Source of the DNA: Polyangiaceae bacterium
GTDB lineage: Bacteria > Myxococcota_A > Polyangia > Polyangiales > Polyangiaceae
Length of the DNA: 64,000 nt
Direction of reading: 5' to 3'
Assembly: GCA_965222375.1 (NCBI GenBank)
Contig: CBDCTZ010000014.1
Location: forward strand, 1,120,001-1,184,000
The notes below the pieces were generated by a model that saw nothing but the letters and a program-made list of their open reading frames with translations, ran no database searches and was not told the origin of the DNA. A program made the position numbers and the translations under genes. Below, piece by piece: positions 1 to 9,839 of the stretch. Numbering within the stretch: the first letter of the stretch is position 1; each line of letters starts with the position of its first letter.

Positions 1-12
1 ATGGTTCGCGGC

Positions 13-354
13 ATGCGCTTGAAGATCTGGCTTTTTGCCGCTGTTCTGACCGCCGCCTGTGGATCGAGCAGCAAGACCATCCGCACTCCGCTCAAATCCG
101 ACGACTCGACCCGGGCCGTCATCACCCGGGGCGCCGCAGCTATGGGCTGCGAAGCCGGCGGTCACGACGAACTCCTGGGAATCATGATCGATTGTCCGGA
201 TGGCGGGCGCATCGTCTTTGGGCGGGACTCCGGGGAAAACATACGGGAAGAAAAGGAAGGCGAGCCCTACCCCATCGAGGTGCACTGCTATCGCTCTCTG
301 GCGGACAAATGCCAGGCGACGATTGACCGCATCATGGCCGAGGGCAAGAAGTAG
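13..354 (+). CDS. Hypothetical lipoprotein
   Basis: Signal peptide with lipobox (VLTAAC) from the ATG at 13; additional Cys residues. Confidence 0.6.
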   Translation: MRLKIWLFAAVLTAACGSSSKTIRTPLKSDDSTRAVITRGAAAMGCEAGGHDELLGIMIDCPDGGRIVFGRDSGENIREEKEGEPYPIEVHCYRSLADKCQATIDRIMAEGKK

Positions 355-431
355 CCGCGGGCGTGCGTCGCCGAGACCCTCTGGCGGCGGCGACAAATCC
401 ATTCGAGATTCTGGTTCGTAGGGGCGGGAGT

Positions 432-1091
432 ATGAACGTCTTGAAGTTCAAACCAGCCTGGGCCGCCGGCGCGGCGCTGGCTCTGCTCCCGACTGCTGCC
501 AACGCAAAGCCAGCGGCGCTTCAAACCGGTGAGCCGCCCACCGGGGTTGAGGAGGTTGGCAATTCCAGCGCGGGGCAATCGTCCGGCCCAAGTCACGCCT
601 TGTTCACTGAGGTGGACCCGCTGCCTTTCATCCAAAAAGGCTACGGCGTGCAAGTGGGGTATCGCATGCCTCGGATCCGCTTTGCCCTCGCCAGCTTTGC
701 TCTGGACGTGCCCGATGCTGCCGCGGAGATCGGCGATGGCAACGATGGCTTCCACCTGAAGGTGCTGCCCAGCACGGCGCTGTACACCTTCTACTTCCTG
801 TCTGACGCACGTGGCGGTTTCATGCTCGGCGGCGCGCTGCGTTACTTGCGCATCGAATACACCCACGATGATTTCCCGGGTCAGGCGACCCGCGCTGGCG
901 AGTTCTCCGTCGAGGCTCTTTTCGGCTACAAGTGGCACCCTTGGTCCGCGGACTTCTACGCCATCCCCTGGCTCGGGCTATCCCGAACCCTCGCGCGCAC
1001 CGAGGACCCCGACGTCGGCACCAAGTCCTATTCACCGCTGCCGATTCAGCCCTTCTTTACGGTGAACCTGGGTTGGGAGTTCGCGCTCTAG
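432..1091 (+). CDS. Outer-membrane beta-barrel protein (small)
   Basis: GGGAG RBS before ATG 432; signal peptide; amphipathic strands; C-terminal VNLGWEFAL beta-signal-like end. Confidence 0.7.
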   Translation: MNVLKFKPAWAAGAALALLPTAANAKPAALQTGEPPTGVEEVGNSSAGQSSGPSHALFTEVDPLPFIQKGYGVQVGYRMPRIRFALASFALDVPDAAAEIGDGNDGFHLKVLPSTALYTFYFLSDARGGFMLGGALRYLRIEYTHDDFPGQATRAGEFSVEALFGYKWHPWSADFYAIPWLGLSRTLARTEDPDVGTKSYSPLPIQPFFTVNLGWEFAL

Positions 1092-1214
1092 CGCCGCCAG
1101 CTTCCGCTCGCGCAAGCAATGGGACCCAGCAGCGGTCTTGGGAGGACATAGGGAGAGTGCGCGCGTTTCAGGACCAAGGGTCTTTCGCCCACGGCCGTGG
1201 TAGTATCCCCGGTC

Positions 1215-1623
1215 ATGCGCGTCCCATGGATAGCGGCAAGCGGAGCGACCGTGGCCATCAGCGCGTTGTGCCTGGGGAGTGGCTGCACGTCCACGGCGTC
1301 CAAGACGCGGCCCGCCGGAGCACCTTATCAGCTTCGAATATCGGGACCCCGTCAACCCGGTTGCCAAGTCGGTCGCCAGTGTTGCCAAGGATAAGTTGCC
1401 CCCGAACAGCTGGTCGTTCATCGCTGTGAGCTGGAAGACCGGAGGCCCGATGAAGATCTTCGTGCGAGACGCGGAGGTCACCTACGACACGCCGGGCACG
1501 ATGCCGGCGACTCTGCACATCGTCGAGCCGGAACGAATCATCCATTTCGGGTTGGGAACTCAAGGGAAGGATTCGGCGAAGGGTTGGCTCGACGAGATCG
1601 TCATCCGCGACGCCGCCTGGTGA
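1215..1623 (+). pseudogene. Possible frameshifted or internally deleted lipoprotein with a LamG/ConA-like C-terminal fragment
   Basis: Lipoprotein signal (ALCLGSGC) in one frame; WSFIAVSW...GWLDEIVI LamG-like segment in another frame with no convincing start. Confidence 0.4.
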
Positions 1624-1629
1624 CGAACG

Positions 1630-2085
1630 TCAGGCGTCCACGCCCTCGATTGCCGCCTGAACCTCGGCACGGACCTGTTCGAAGTGAGCCTTGTCGCCGC
1701 CGGCTTCGACGATGACGATCTTCGATCCAGTTACGAAAAGGGTCGCCCAAAACACATGGGGCCGCTCTCGGTGGGACGTCGTGAAGCGCAGCTGCACACC
1801 GGGTGTGCCGCTTAGACTCTTCACGGCGACCTCGCTCTGCTTCGCGTACCCGCGCCGCGACAGCTCGTAACCCATTGCTGTTTTCCAAAACTCGAGGTTG
1901 CCCTTGGGGTCGTTGTCCGCGGTGCGCACGGCAATGACCACGCCCTCTGCGCTCGTGGCGCGGTACTTGTAGTCGTCGCTCCCCTCCAGCTCCGCGAAGC
2001 TGTCGGGTGTGTTGATGTCGAAGCCACGCGCGCATCCAGTCATCGCGACTAGGCTCAGAGCAAGCAGTATCAATTTGTGTTTCAT
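1630..2085 (-). CDS. Hypothetical lipoprotein
   Basis: MKHKLILLALSLVAMTGC lipobox; follows the DUF4349-like gene in the same orientation. Confidence 0.8.
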   Translation of the reverse strand: MKHKLILLALSLVAMTGCARGFDINTPDSFAELEGSDDYKYRATSAEGVVIAVRTADNDPKGNLEFWKTAMGYELSRRGYAKQSEVAVKSLSGTPGVQLRFTTSHRERPHVFWATLFVTGSKIVIVEAGGDKAHFEQVRAEVQAAIEGVDA

Positions 2086-2111
2086 TGTCTATTCCTGAGT
2101 TCGAAGCTATT

Positions 2112-2996
2112 TCAACGCGATAGCAGATCTGAAACCCCGACCTTTCGGAGCCAATCCACTTGCAGCCGACGCGGGGTCGCTTTGGGCGTGGGTTTCGGCC
2201 CTCGCACGATCTTCTTTTCGCTCCGCTTGGCGTGGAGGCTGACGCGAATCACCGAGTACGCCGCGCGAGTTTTGAGAAACTGCATGCGTCCTTTGATCTG
2301 GTCGATTTGACGCGCGACCTTGTCCAGCTCTTTGCCGACGGTCAGGGCCTCGGTGACGTTCTTGGTGCGCGCCAGGAACTGCTCCAATCGGTTACGAACG
2401 GCTTCCAAGTTTTTCAGACGCACAGACAGGTCGTGGTACTCCTCGGACACGTCCTGTGCGGTCACACTGCGATTCGACACGTCGCCGAGTTTCGCGATGC
2501 GCTTCATCGCCTCACGGAAGTGCCGCGACGGCACGCGCACTTCCACCTGCGAATTGCTACGCTTCAACAGGAAGCCCCCCAGGCTTTCGGCCGCGTCGAT
2601 GACCGCCTCCACGGACTCGTGCATGCTGGCGCCAGGCACGTCCAAGCCCAGTCCGCCTTCGTAGATCAGCAGTGGTGGCTGACCGGGATCGATCTTTGGC
2701 CCGTCGGGGGCTGTTTTTGCCTGTGCCGCGCCAGGTTTGGTCGACGAAGCCGGCTCAGCGCTGGGAGAGGCCGGGCTCGGCGCAGGTGCCGCCATGGCTT
2801 CGGCGCCAGCGGCGCGGGCCTGGCCCGGTGGCGCCTGCATTGCCGGCTGTGCCGCCGGCTCGGCGTAGTCGGCGGCTGAACTGGGCGGAGCCATCGCGGG
2901 CGATGCCCCTCCGGCGCATCCAACCAGAAAGGTTGCGCCAATCAGTCCCAGGAGGCAGCTGTGACGAAAGGGAAGAACAAGATGCTTCATGCCCAC
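2112..2996 (-). CDS. DUF4349-domain lipoprotein
   Basis: Lipobox FLVGC, Ala/Pro linker, then VRVP...QDVSEEYHDL...R-coiled coil...IDQIKGRMQFL pattern. Confidence 0.8.
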   Translation of the reverse strand: MGMKHLVLPFRHSCLLGLIGATFLVGCAGGASPAMAPPSSAADYAEPAAQPAMQAPPGQARAAGAEAMAAPAPSPASPSAEPASSTKPGAAQAKTAPDGPKIDPGQPPLLIYEGGLGLDVPGASMHESVEAVIDAAESLGGFLLKRSNSQVEVRVPSRHFREAMKRIAKLGDVSNRSVTAQDVSEEYHDLSVRLKNLEAVRNRLEQFLARTKNVTEALTVGKELDKVARQIDQIKGRMQFLKTRAAYSVIRVSLHAKRSEKKIVRGPKPTPKATPRRLQVDWLRKVGVSDLLSR

Positions 2997-3070
2997 ACAA
3001 CGTGCCCAGGGCCGCAGACTTACACCAAGCGTCGACGCCGGGCAGTGGTCATGGCAGGGATCTGCGCCGG

Positions 3071-3808
3071 ATGCCCGAGCACCGCGACATATTGAGCATC
3101 AGCGGCCTGGGCGTGATGTGCGTCGTGGGTGTGTACCCAAAGGAGCGTGGCACGCCGCAGCCTCTGCGCATCGACGCCGAGTTGGTGCTGGACACCGAGA
3201 ATGCAGCGCGCAGCGCGCGCTTGTCACGCTCTGTGGACTACGACGCCATTGCGCGACAGATCGAAGCAGTGCTCGTCGCGTGTCGCTTTCGCCTGTTGGA
3301 GACCGCGGCGCACGCGCTCGCCACGTTGCTTCTTGCGCCACCTTCACCCGGTGAGCGCCGCGGAGCACTCTCCAGCGTGAAGCTACGTCTTGAAAAGCCC
3401 GAAGCGTTGGCGGGTCAGGCCATTGCCGCGTTGACTATCGAACGAGACAAGAATTGGTTTTCCATGGAGAGCCGGCAAGCTCCCTTTGGTGGCGTGGATA
3501 TTCTCCACGAAACTCGGGAGGCTAGTTTGTATCGCTTGCATCTGAGTCCGGCGCGGCAGATGCGTTTGCCCGCGATGCCTCAGGGCAGTGCTGCTGCGTT
3601 CTTTCTGGGCGACGGCATGACGTTGGATGGTGAACCCCAACGTGCACACCGTAGCGCTCGCCTCGACGCCAGCGCTGGGCACACCGTTCACAACGCCGCC
3701 AAGCGTGATGGCTCACTTCTGCTGGTCACCTGTCAACAAAGAGCGGACCTCATTGCTGCGCCTTCCGGCGAGGCTCAGAGCCGCTCCGGGGCAGGGCAGG
3801 GACGCTGA
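3071..3808 (+). CDS. folB: Dihydroneopterin aldolase with C-terminal cupin-like extension
   Basis: VVGVYPKER..QPLRID, SVDY, LLETAA and KPEA motifs of FolB; start moved to ATG 3071. Confidence 0.8.
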   Translation: MPEHRDILSISGLGVMCVVGVYPKERGTPQPLRIDAELVLDTENAARSARLSRSVDYDAIARQIEAVLVACRFRLLETAAHALATLLLAPPSPGERRGALSSVKLRLEKPEALAGQAIAALTIERDKNWFSMESRQAPFGGVDILHETREASLYRLHLSPARQMRLPAMPQGSAAAFFLGDGMTLDGEPQRAHRSARLDASAGHTVHNAAKRDGSLLLVTCQQRADLIAAPSGEAQSRSGAGQGR

Positions 3809-3979
3809 AAAGCCATCCATTGTTGCTGGGTTAGCCCACAAAAGCTCAAGCAATGGAGCGCTGTAGGTCCATATGCTCCATGTCCCACGTTGTCCTTCCA
3901 TTCTGAGGGATGCCGAGACTTTCGTATTTCCATCTGCTCCCGCTTCGGGCATTTCAGTGTTCGCACGGGAGGGTTTACG

Positions 3980-4456
3980 GTGGACTCAGACGCGACACAG
4001 CAGCACAGCTATCCAGAACGACTCACGCGAGAGCAGCGGCGATCCCGTCGCAAGCGTGTCGTGCGGGCCCGCACGATCAGCGTAGCCCGCACCGCACGAC
4101 ACGAGCTTTCGGAGCTCAAGCGACGAAACGCCGGCATGGGTCGCCAACTCCCCGAGTCTCGTTCCGAGTGCGCTGAAGGGCCGCGCCCCTGCCCCCACGT
4201 TTCGTGTCGCCACCACCTGTACCTAGATGTCTCGCCCAAGACCGGTGCCATCAAGTTGAACTTCCCGGACATGGAGGTCTGGGAGCTGCCGGATACCTGC
4301 GCTCTGGACATTGCCGACCGAGGGGGCGTGACCTTGGAAGATGTGGGGGCGATCATGAACTTGACTCGAGAACGCATACGGCAACTAGAGCTTCAAGCCC
4401 TGGGTCGGCTCGAGACGCTGCGCGACATGCGCGACCTGCGCGAAGTGGTGGATTGA
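3980..4456 (+). CDS. Cys-rich protein with sigma-70 region 4-like HTH
   Basis: GGAGG before GTG 3980; C-x6-C-x4-C-x-HH cluster; [20 protein letters not shown] region-4 signature. Confidence 0.8.
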   Translation: MDSDATQQHSYPERLTREQRRSRRKRVVRARTISVARTARHELSELKRRNAGMGRQLPESRSECAEGPRPCPHVSCRHHLYLDVSPKTGAIKLNFPDMEVWELPDTCALDIADRGGVTLEDVGAIMNLTRERIRQLELQALGRLETLRDMRDLREVVD

Positions 4457-4634
4457 GCCACTCTCTGAGCGTTCCGCCGGCCTAGCTGCCAGAAATTCCG
4501 CGCTTTTCGCCTAATTTGGAATAGGGCGCTGCGGCGGTGGTAGACTTCCGCGTCGCCGTGGCACCCAAATTCCGGGCAAATATGTCGATCTGGTCGACGC
4601 GGGCCCGCGGCGTAGTGACGCGCGCAGAGGCAGC

Positions 4635-6761
4635 TTGAACAAGGATCGCGACAACCCCGGAAAGCCTGTCGGACCCCCGGCGAAACCGCACGCTGCGGTG
4701 CGAAGGGGAGCACCGCCCAAGCCGGGGCAGGGCAATGCGCCACGACCCTCTGCCGTGAAGCCGTCCGGCCCCGGTGCGACCAAAGCAGCTCGGGCGGCGA
4801 AGGCCCCCAGCCCCCAAGGGCGGCCTCCGCCCAAACCGGGTCCTGCTGGCAACGTCTCCGCGGCACCCGAGCAAGAGACGCTCCTGGACGACAAGCTCAG
4901 TCACTCCGCGACCCACTCCCGGGTGCGTTCACCCGAGCAGGACGAAGCACCGAACAGCGATGTCATTCCCCTGGTGCAAGTGCCGCCCCCGGGGCGAGAT
5001 GCCGACAAGTACATCGGATGCACGATCGACGGTCGCTACGTCGTTCTTTCCGTCCTCGGCGAGGGCGGCATGGGTGTGGTCTACAAGTGCCGACGACGGA
5101 TCTTCGAAAAGACCATGGCGGTCAAGATCTTGCGGGCGGACTTGGCGAAGAGCAGTGAGGCTACGGAACGCTTCGTCACGGAGGCCAAAGCAGCTTCCGC
5201 CATCGGCAACGCTCACATCGTCGACGTCGTGGACTTCGGCGAACTGCCGGACGGTTCGACCTACTTCGCCATGGAGTACCTGGAGGGTCCCACCCTGGCG
5301 GATATGATCGAGGACGAAGTCTTGGTGGGTAGCCCCCGAGTCGTGGGGATCGGGCGTCAACTAGCCGAGGGGCTGGCGGCCGCCCACGAGGCCAAGATCG
5401 TGCATCGGGATTTGAAGCCCGACAACATCTTCGTCATCGATCAAGAGGGTGAAGACTTCGTCAAGATTGTCGATTTCGGGATCGCGAAGGTTGCTGGCGC
5501 CGCCAACAAGCTCACGCGTGCCGGCGCCATTTTTGGCACGCCGCACTACATGTCTCCCGAGCAGTGTCGCGGCAAGAGCGTCGACCATCGCACGGACATC
5601 TACTCCCTCGGGATCATGCTTTATGAACTGATCGTTGGGGAGGTGCCCTTCGATGCGGAAAATCCGCTGAGCATCCTGAGCATGCACCTGCATGACCCGC
5701 CCTTGCCGCCAAGCGCGGTGGACAATGCGCCCGAGCTGCCTGATGGCCTGGAGCGCGTCATTCTGAAATGCCTGACCAAGGACCCGGACGATCGCTTCCA
5801 GTCCATGGCCGAGGTTGCCGAAGCCCTCGGCGCGATTGAACGAGGCGAATCTGTCGACGAAATCGTCATTCCCATCAGTGTCTTCCCGCCTCCAGCTGCC
5901 GAGCCCCATTCCCTGTCCGAGATCCAACCCAACCTATATCCGGATCCCGAGAGCGCGCCCGAGCCCATGGCGGATGCGCTGCGGGCTAGCAAGACCGGCG
6001 TGGTTCCGGTCGATGTTTCTCCGCCCTCCCAACCCGCTGTCGCCTCGCAGCGTGTGCCGGTCTCCAGGAGGCAAACGCCCCAGTCGGACTTGAGCTTGGC
6101 GACGGCGGTTGCGGATCCCCAGGTCGAGCGCGAGTGGGAGCGTGCCAACCGAGGTAGCCGTTGGCCCATGTGGCTCGGCTTCGTTGCACTACTCGGCGCC
6201 GGGGGCGCGTACTTCTACTATAGCAGCCTGGCGAACCACGGGCCGATGCCTCAAACCGTCATGGCAGCTCGCCCCTTGGTGCTGAAAGACTTTCTTGCTG
6301 AAATCGAAAGTGAGGAGCCCGCGCCCAAGGTCAACTCCGTTGCTTTGGTGATGTCACCCTTGGATGCCAAGGTTTTCAAGGACGGGGAGGATTTGGGCAG
6401 CATGCCGGTGACGGTCGACGTGCCCGATGGCGAGGTCGTGACCGTCGAGATCAAGCGCAACGGCTACTTCACCCGGAAAGTGAAGCTGGACGGGAAGAAG
6501 ACGAAGAAACTCGTGCGCCTTGCGCCCATTCCCGGCTCCCGTGCGGCGGCTGGGGCGAAGGAACGCAGTGCGGAGGAACTCGGCTTCAAGGAAGGCAAGC
6601 CCGGTGAAGAGCCGGAGCCCGTTGAAGAAGTGCCGCCTCCGCCGCCACCCAAGTCCACAGGCTGGCGCGTTGGCCAGCCAGCAGAGCCGCGCGCTCCCGG
6701 GCCACCCGAGCCCGCGCCCGCGCCCGCACCGGCGCCCGATCCCGCGCCGCCCAAGAAGTAA
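4635..6761 (+). CDS. Membrane Ser/Thr protein kinase with PEGA-like C-terminal domain
   Basis: LGEGGMGVVY, AVK, HRDLKPDN, DFG and GTPHYMSPE motifs; one TM segment; Pro-rich termini. Confidence 0.95.
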   Translation: MNKDRDNPGKPVGPPAKPHAAVRRGAPPKPGQGNAPRPSAVKPSGPGATKAARAAKAPSPQGRPPPKPGPAGNVSAAPEQETLLDDKLSHSATHSRVRSPEQDEAPNSDVIPLVQVPPPGRDADKYIGCTIDGRYVVLSVLGEGGMGVVYKCRRRIFEKTMAVKILRADLAKSSEATERFVTEAKAASAIGNAHIVDVVDFGELPDGSTYFAMEYLEGPTLADMIEDEVLVGSPRVVGIGRQLAEGLAAAHEAKIVHRDLKPDNIFVIDQEGEDFVKIVDFGIAKVAGAANKLTRAGAIFGTPHYMSPEQCRGKSVDHRTDIYSLGIMLYELIVGEVPFDAENPLSILSMHLHDPPLPPSAVDNAPELPDGLERVILKCLTKDPDDRFQSMAEVAEALGAIERGESVDEIVIPISVFPPPAAEPHSLSEIQPNLYPDPESAPEPMADALRASKTGVVPVDVSPPSQPAVASQRVPVSRRQTPQSDLSLATAVADPQVEREWERANRGSRWPMWLGFVALLGAGGAYFYYSSLANHGPMPQTVMAARPLVLKDFLAEIESEEPAPKVNSVALVMSPLDAKVFKDGEDLGSMPVTVDVPDGEVVTVEIKRNGYFTRKVKLDGKKTKKLVRLAPIPGSRAAAGAKERSAEELGFKEGKPGEEPEPVEEVPPPPPPKSTGWRVGQPAEPRAPGPPEPAPAPAPAPDPAPPKK

Positions 6762-6948
6762 CCGCAACCGGATCGCGCGCGGTCAACCAGTCGCGTGCGG
6801 GTGCGCGTGCGCTCATTGCGTGACCGAGGCGCGTCTGACGGCGAATGGTTGAACCACTGATGCTGCTGACAACTGTGGCGTTTGCGACTACACGCTCACA
6901 CCCAGCGCGGGCAGGTGGGACTCGCGAGGGCTCGGCCCGGAAGGACTA

Positions 6949-8007
6949 GTGATGACTGGGGTGACGATTACGGGTTCGGGACACTACCTGCCTGGAGAGC
7001 CGGTGCACAACTCGGCGCTGGCTCGGGTCATGGACACGAACCACGAGTGGATTCAACAGCGCACGGGTATCGAACAGCGTCACTACTGCCCTGAGGGCGT
7101 TGGGGTTTCCGACCTAGCGTTGGTTGCAGCGCAGCGCGCCCTGGACTCTGCGGGTCGCGCGCCGGAAGACGTCGACTACATCTTGTTCAACACCATGACT
7201 CCGGATCACATCTTCCCGGGCTCGGCGCCGCTGTTGGCACGGGAGCTGGGCTGCTTGGGGGCTCCTGCCCTGGATCTGCGAGCCCAGTGCGCCGCAATGA
7301 TCTACAGCTTTCAACTTGCGGATTCCCTGCTCCAAAGTGGGGCGGCGTGCACCATCTTGGTGGTTGGCTCCGAAGCTCACGCAGGGTTCATGCCTTGGCG
7401 AGATTGGCAGGTGCTCGAGGGTACGACGTCCCGCGCCGTGCCGGACGCAGACTTCCGCCGGGCAACGGATCATCGCGCTCTGGCAATCATCTTCGGCGAT
7501 GGCGCTGGGGCTCTGGTTCTGGAGAAGGCCGAAGAGTCGAGCGCGAAACTGCTTGGCGTCGACCTACACAGCGACGGACGCTTCGCTGAGAAGCTCTTCA
7601 TCTCCGCGGGCTTTCGCACTCGCCCCTTCGTAACGCAGTCCACCGTCGAGGACGACACCTGGATCCCGAGCATGGACGGCCGTGACGTATTTCGACAGGC
7701 GGTCACGCTTCTGCCAGCGTCGGTGAAACGAGTTTGCCAACATGCGGGGGTCGCGCTCCAAGACGTGGACTGGTTCATTGCCCACCAGGCGAATCAACGC
7801 ATCAACGATGCCATTCGCCAGCGTTTGGGCGTTCCGGCGGAAAAGGTGCCGAGCAACATCGCGAGGACTGGGAACACGTCCGCGGCTACGATTCCGATCC
7901 TCATCGACGAAATGCGGCGAGATGGCCGGCTCGAGCCGGGTCAGCTGGTGTGCTTTCTCGCGCTAGGAGCGGGCCTGCATTGGGGCAGCGTGCTCTGGCG
8001 ACTGTAG
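6949..8007 (+). CDS. fabH: 3-oxoacyl-ACP synthase III family protein
   Basis: AQCAA (catalytic Cys), FGDGAGA, HQANQRI and GNTSAA motifs. Confidence 0.9.
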   Translation: MMTGVTITGSGHYLPGEPVHNSALARVMDTNHEWIQQRTGIEQRHYCPEGVGVSDLALVAAQRALDSAGRAPEDVDYILFNTMTPDHIFPGSAPLLARELGCLGAPALDLRAQCAAMIYSFQLADSLLQSGAACTILVVGSEAHAGFMPWRDWQVLEGTTSRAVPDADFRRATDHRALAIIFGDGAGALVLEKAEESSAKLLGVDLHSDGRFAEKLFISAGFRTRPFVTQSTVEDDTWIPSMDGRDVFRQAVTLLPASVKRVCQHAGVALQDVDWFIAHQANQRINDAIRQRLGVPAEKVPSNIARTGNTSAATIPILIDEMRRDGRLEPGQLVCFLALGAGLHWGSVLWRL

Positions 8008-8019
8008 AGTCGCGGTGTT

Positions 8020-8652
8020 CTAGAGCCAGGCGGGGACGCAGGAGCCCTGATGTTTGGGCGGGTTGCGCACGATGTTCGCGGAAGTGAGGATGACCCACTG
8101 CTCACTGCAGCTACCGTTGCGCTTGACCACGAGTTCGATGTTCGGATTGTTGGGATCCACCGCGGCGCAGGCACCTGACGCATTGATGCGGCTCACGACA
8201 TCGTCTCGGAAAAGCTTGGGCTCGAGCGCCTTGGGACAGCACGCGGCGGGCCCGGCGCCGGTGTCGAACCACCCGGGGTTCGCGGCCACGCTGTCTTGGC
8301 TCGCCTTTTTTACCTTGTTGCCGAGGGTGGGCGGCGGATCGCCACAGTCGTAGCTCGCCGGCGACGAGGAGCTGCAGTCCAGGGTGCCGCTCGTATCGCA
8401 CACGAACGCCGCCTCCGGGGCCGCGTCGTCGGCGGCTGCGTCGTTCGGAGCTCCGCCGGAGCCCGTCGCGCCAGAGCTGCCCCCGGTGCTGGAGGCGTCG
8501 CTAGCTCCGAAGCCCCCAAGGCTGCCGTCCAGGACCGAAGTGCCGCCCTGGCCGCCGGAGGACGCGTCCGGCGTGTTGTCCGCGGTATGCACGCTTTCGT
8601 CTCCGCAAGCGAAGAGCCAGCATCCGGCCAAGACCAAGAACGTGCGCGTCAT
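8020..8652 (-). CDS. Cys-rich hypothetical lipoprotein
   Basis: MTRTFLVLAGCWLFAC lipobox; Gly/Ser linker; Cys-rich C-terminal domain. Confidence 0.7.
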   Translation of the reverse strand: MTRTFLVLAGCWLFACGDESVHTADNTPDASSGGQGGTSVLDGSLGGFGASDASSTGGSSGATGSGGAPNDAAADDAAPEAAFVCDTSGTLDCSSSSPASYDCGDPPPTLGNKVKKASQDSVAANPGWFDTGAGPAACCPKALEPKLFRDDVVSRINASGACAAVDPNNPNIELVVKRNGSCSEQWVILTSANIVRNPPKHQGSCVPAWL

Positions 8653-8738
8653 GCGTCTTCCTGTCACCAGTATACGCGCTCGCCCTCTGTCTTGGGCCGG
8701 CGTCGTCGAGGGGCCGCCCACTCAGCGAGAGTGGGCGG

Positions 8739-9527
8739 CTAGAAACGGTAGCCCAGGCCCACGGCCAGGCGAAAGTCCCAGGAGTTCTGGGCAACGACCG
8801 TGTAGCTGGTGTTTCCGTTCGTGAACTTCACGCGATCCCGCCAATCCGACTCCTGAGTCATGTTCTTGGCGGCTTTGATGTCGATGGGGATCTCGAACTT
8901 GTCTCCGGCTTCGACCACCATGCCGAGGACGAAAGCCAACATGGTCGAGTTCTTCTTCTCGGCGTCAATCGGGTCCAGCTGCTGTCCAGTCTCGACTTCG
9001 AAGTCCGCACTCGCCGACGTGGGCAACATGAATTCAGGTCCGATGCCCACTGACAGCCGACCGAAGGGTGCGCTGGCAATGCCTTTTACGAAAAGGCCGA
9101 TCCGAGGACCGCTGCTGGTCACGGACTCCTTGGTGTCGACGCCGTTGATCGTCACATTTCTCAGAAGCTTCGAGCTGTCGTATCCCAGGTCGAACTCCAG
9201 ACCCAGGTGTTTGAAGAAGCGTGCCTCGTAGTAGAGGGCGCCACCCCAACCAAGCCCACCGCCGTCCCCAGCGAAGCCGAGCCCCTCGTAGTTGCCGGGT
9301 ATGTTGCCGGGTGTGCTCCACAAGTTGCCACCCACGAGCAGCTTCAAACCTGCGGTTTGTTCTACGGTCTTACCCTCATCCTTTGGCGTGGCTGCGGCGG
9401 CGTCCTCATCCCCTGGCGCGGCCGCGCCCGCACCGTCTTCCGGCAGGGTAGCCTTCGTTCGCGCAGCGGCTGGCGCCGCCACCAAAAGCGCCACTAGGGG
9501 CATGAGTCCAAGGAAGAGTCGTTTCAT
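8739..9527 (-). CDS. Outer-membrane beta-barrel protein
   Basis: Signal peptide MKRLFLG...; C-terminal FRLAVGLGYRF beta-signal. Confidence 0.8.
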   Translation of the reverse strand: MKRLFLGLMPLVALLVAAPAAARTKATLPEDGAGAAAPGDEDAAAATPKDEGKTVEQTAGLKLLVGGNLWSTPGNIPGNYEGLGFAGDGGGLGWGGALYYEARFFKHLGLEFDLGYDSSKLLRNVTINGVDTKESVTSSGPRIGLFVKGIASAPFGRLSVGIGPEFMLPTSASADFEVETGQQLDPIDAEKKNSTMLAFVLGMVVEAGDKFEIPIDIKAAKNMTQESDWRDRVKFTNGNTSYTVVAQNSWDFRLAVGLGYRF

Positions 9528-9839
9528 GGCGGGGGCAGGATACTCGAGCACTCCTCGGTGGCCACTTATTTTGGCTTAGCCCAGCGTCCAGAATGCCTCT
9601 GGTTGGCACCGGCGTCAGCGCCAGCCAATTTCCGCCGCGGTTTGCTGGCCCACGGCTAGTTCCTCCAGCCTATCTGGTGGGCGTTCTTGGCCTCCACCCA
9701 GGGCGACATTGCGCGCCGCGAGGATCCCAAGCAAGATCGAAACGCGCACCACGAAAAACGTTCGGGAAGGGGCCTTGCCCATCCATGCCGAGGCTATCGC
9801 GGTGGCGGGCAGCACGCACCTCATCGCTCGCGACGCACG

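Noticed and set aside
9615..9824. 69-aa ORF between two minus-strand genes
   Set aside because: No clear RBS or recognisable motif; cannot be supported.
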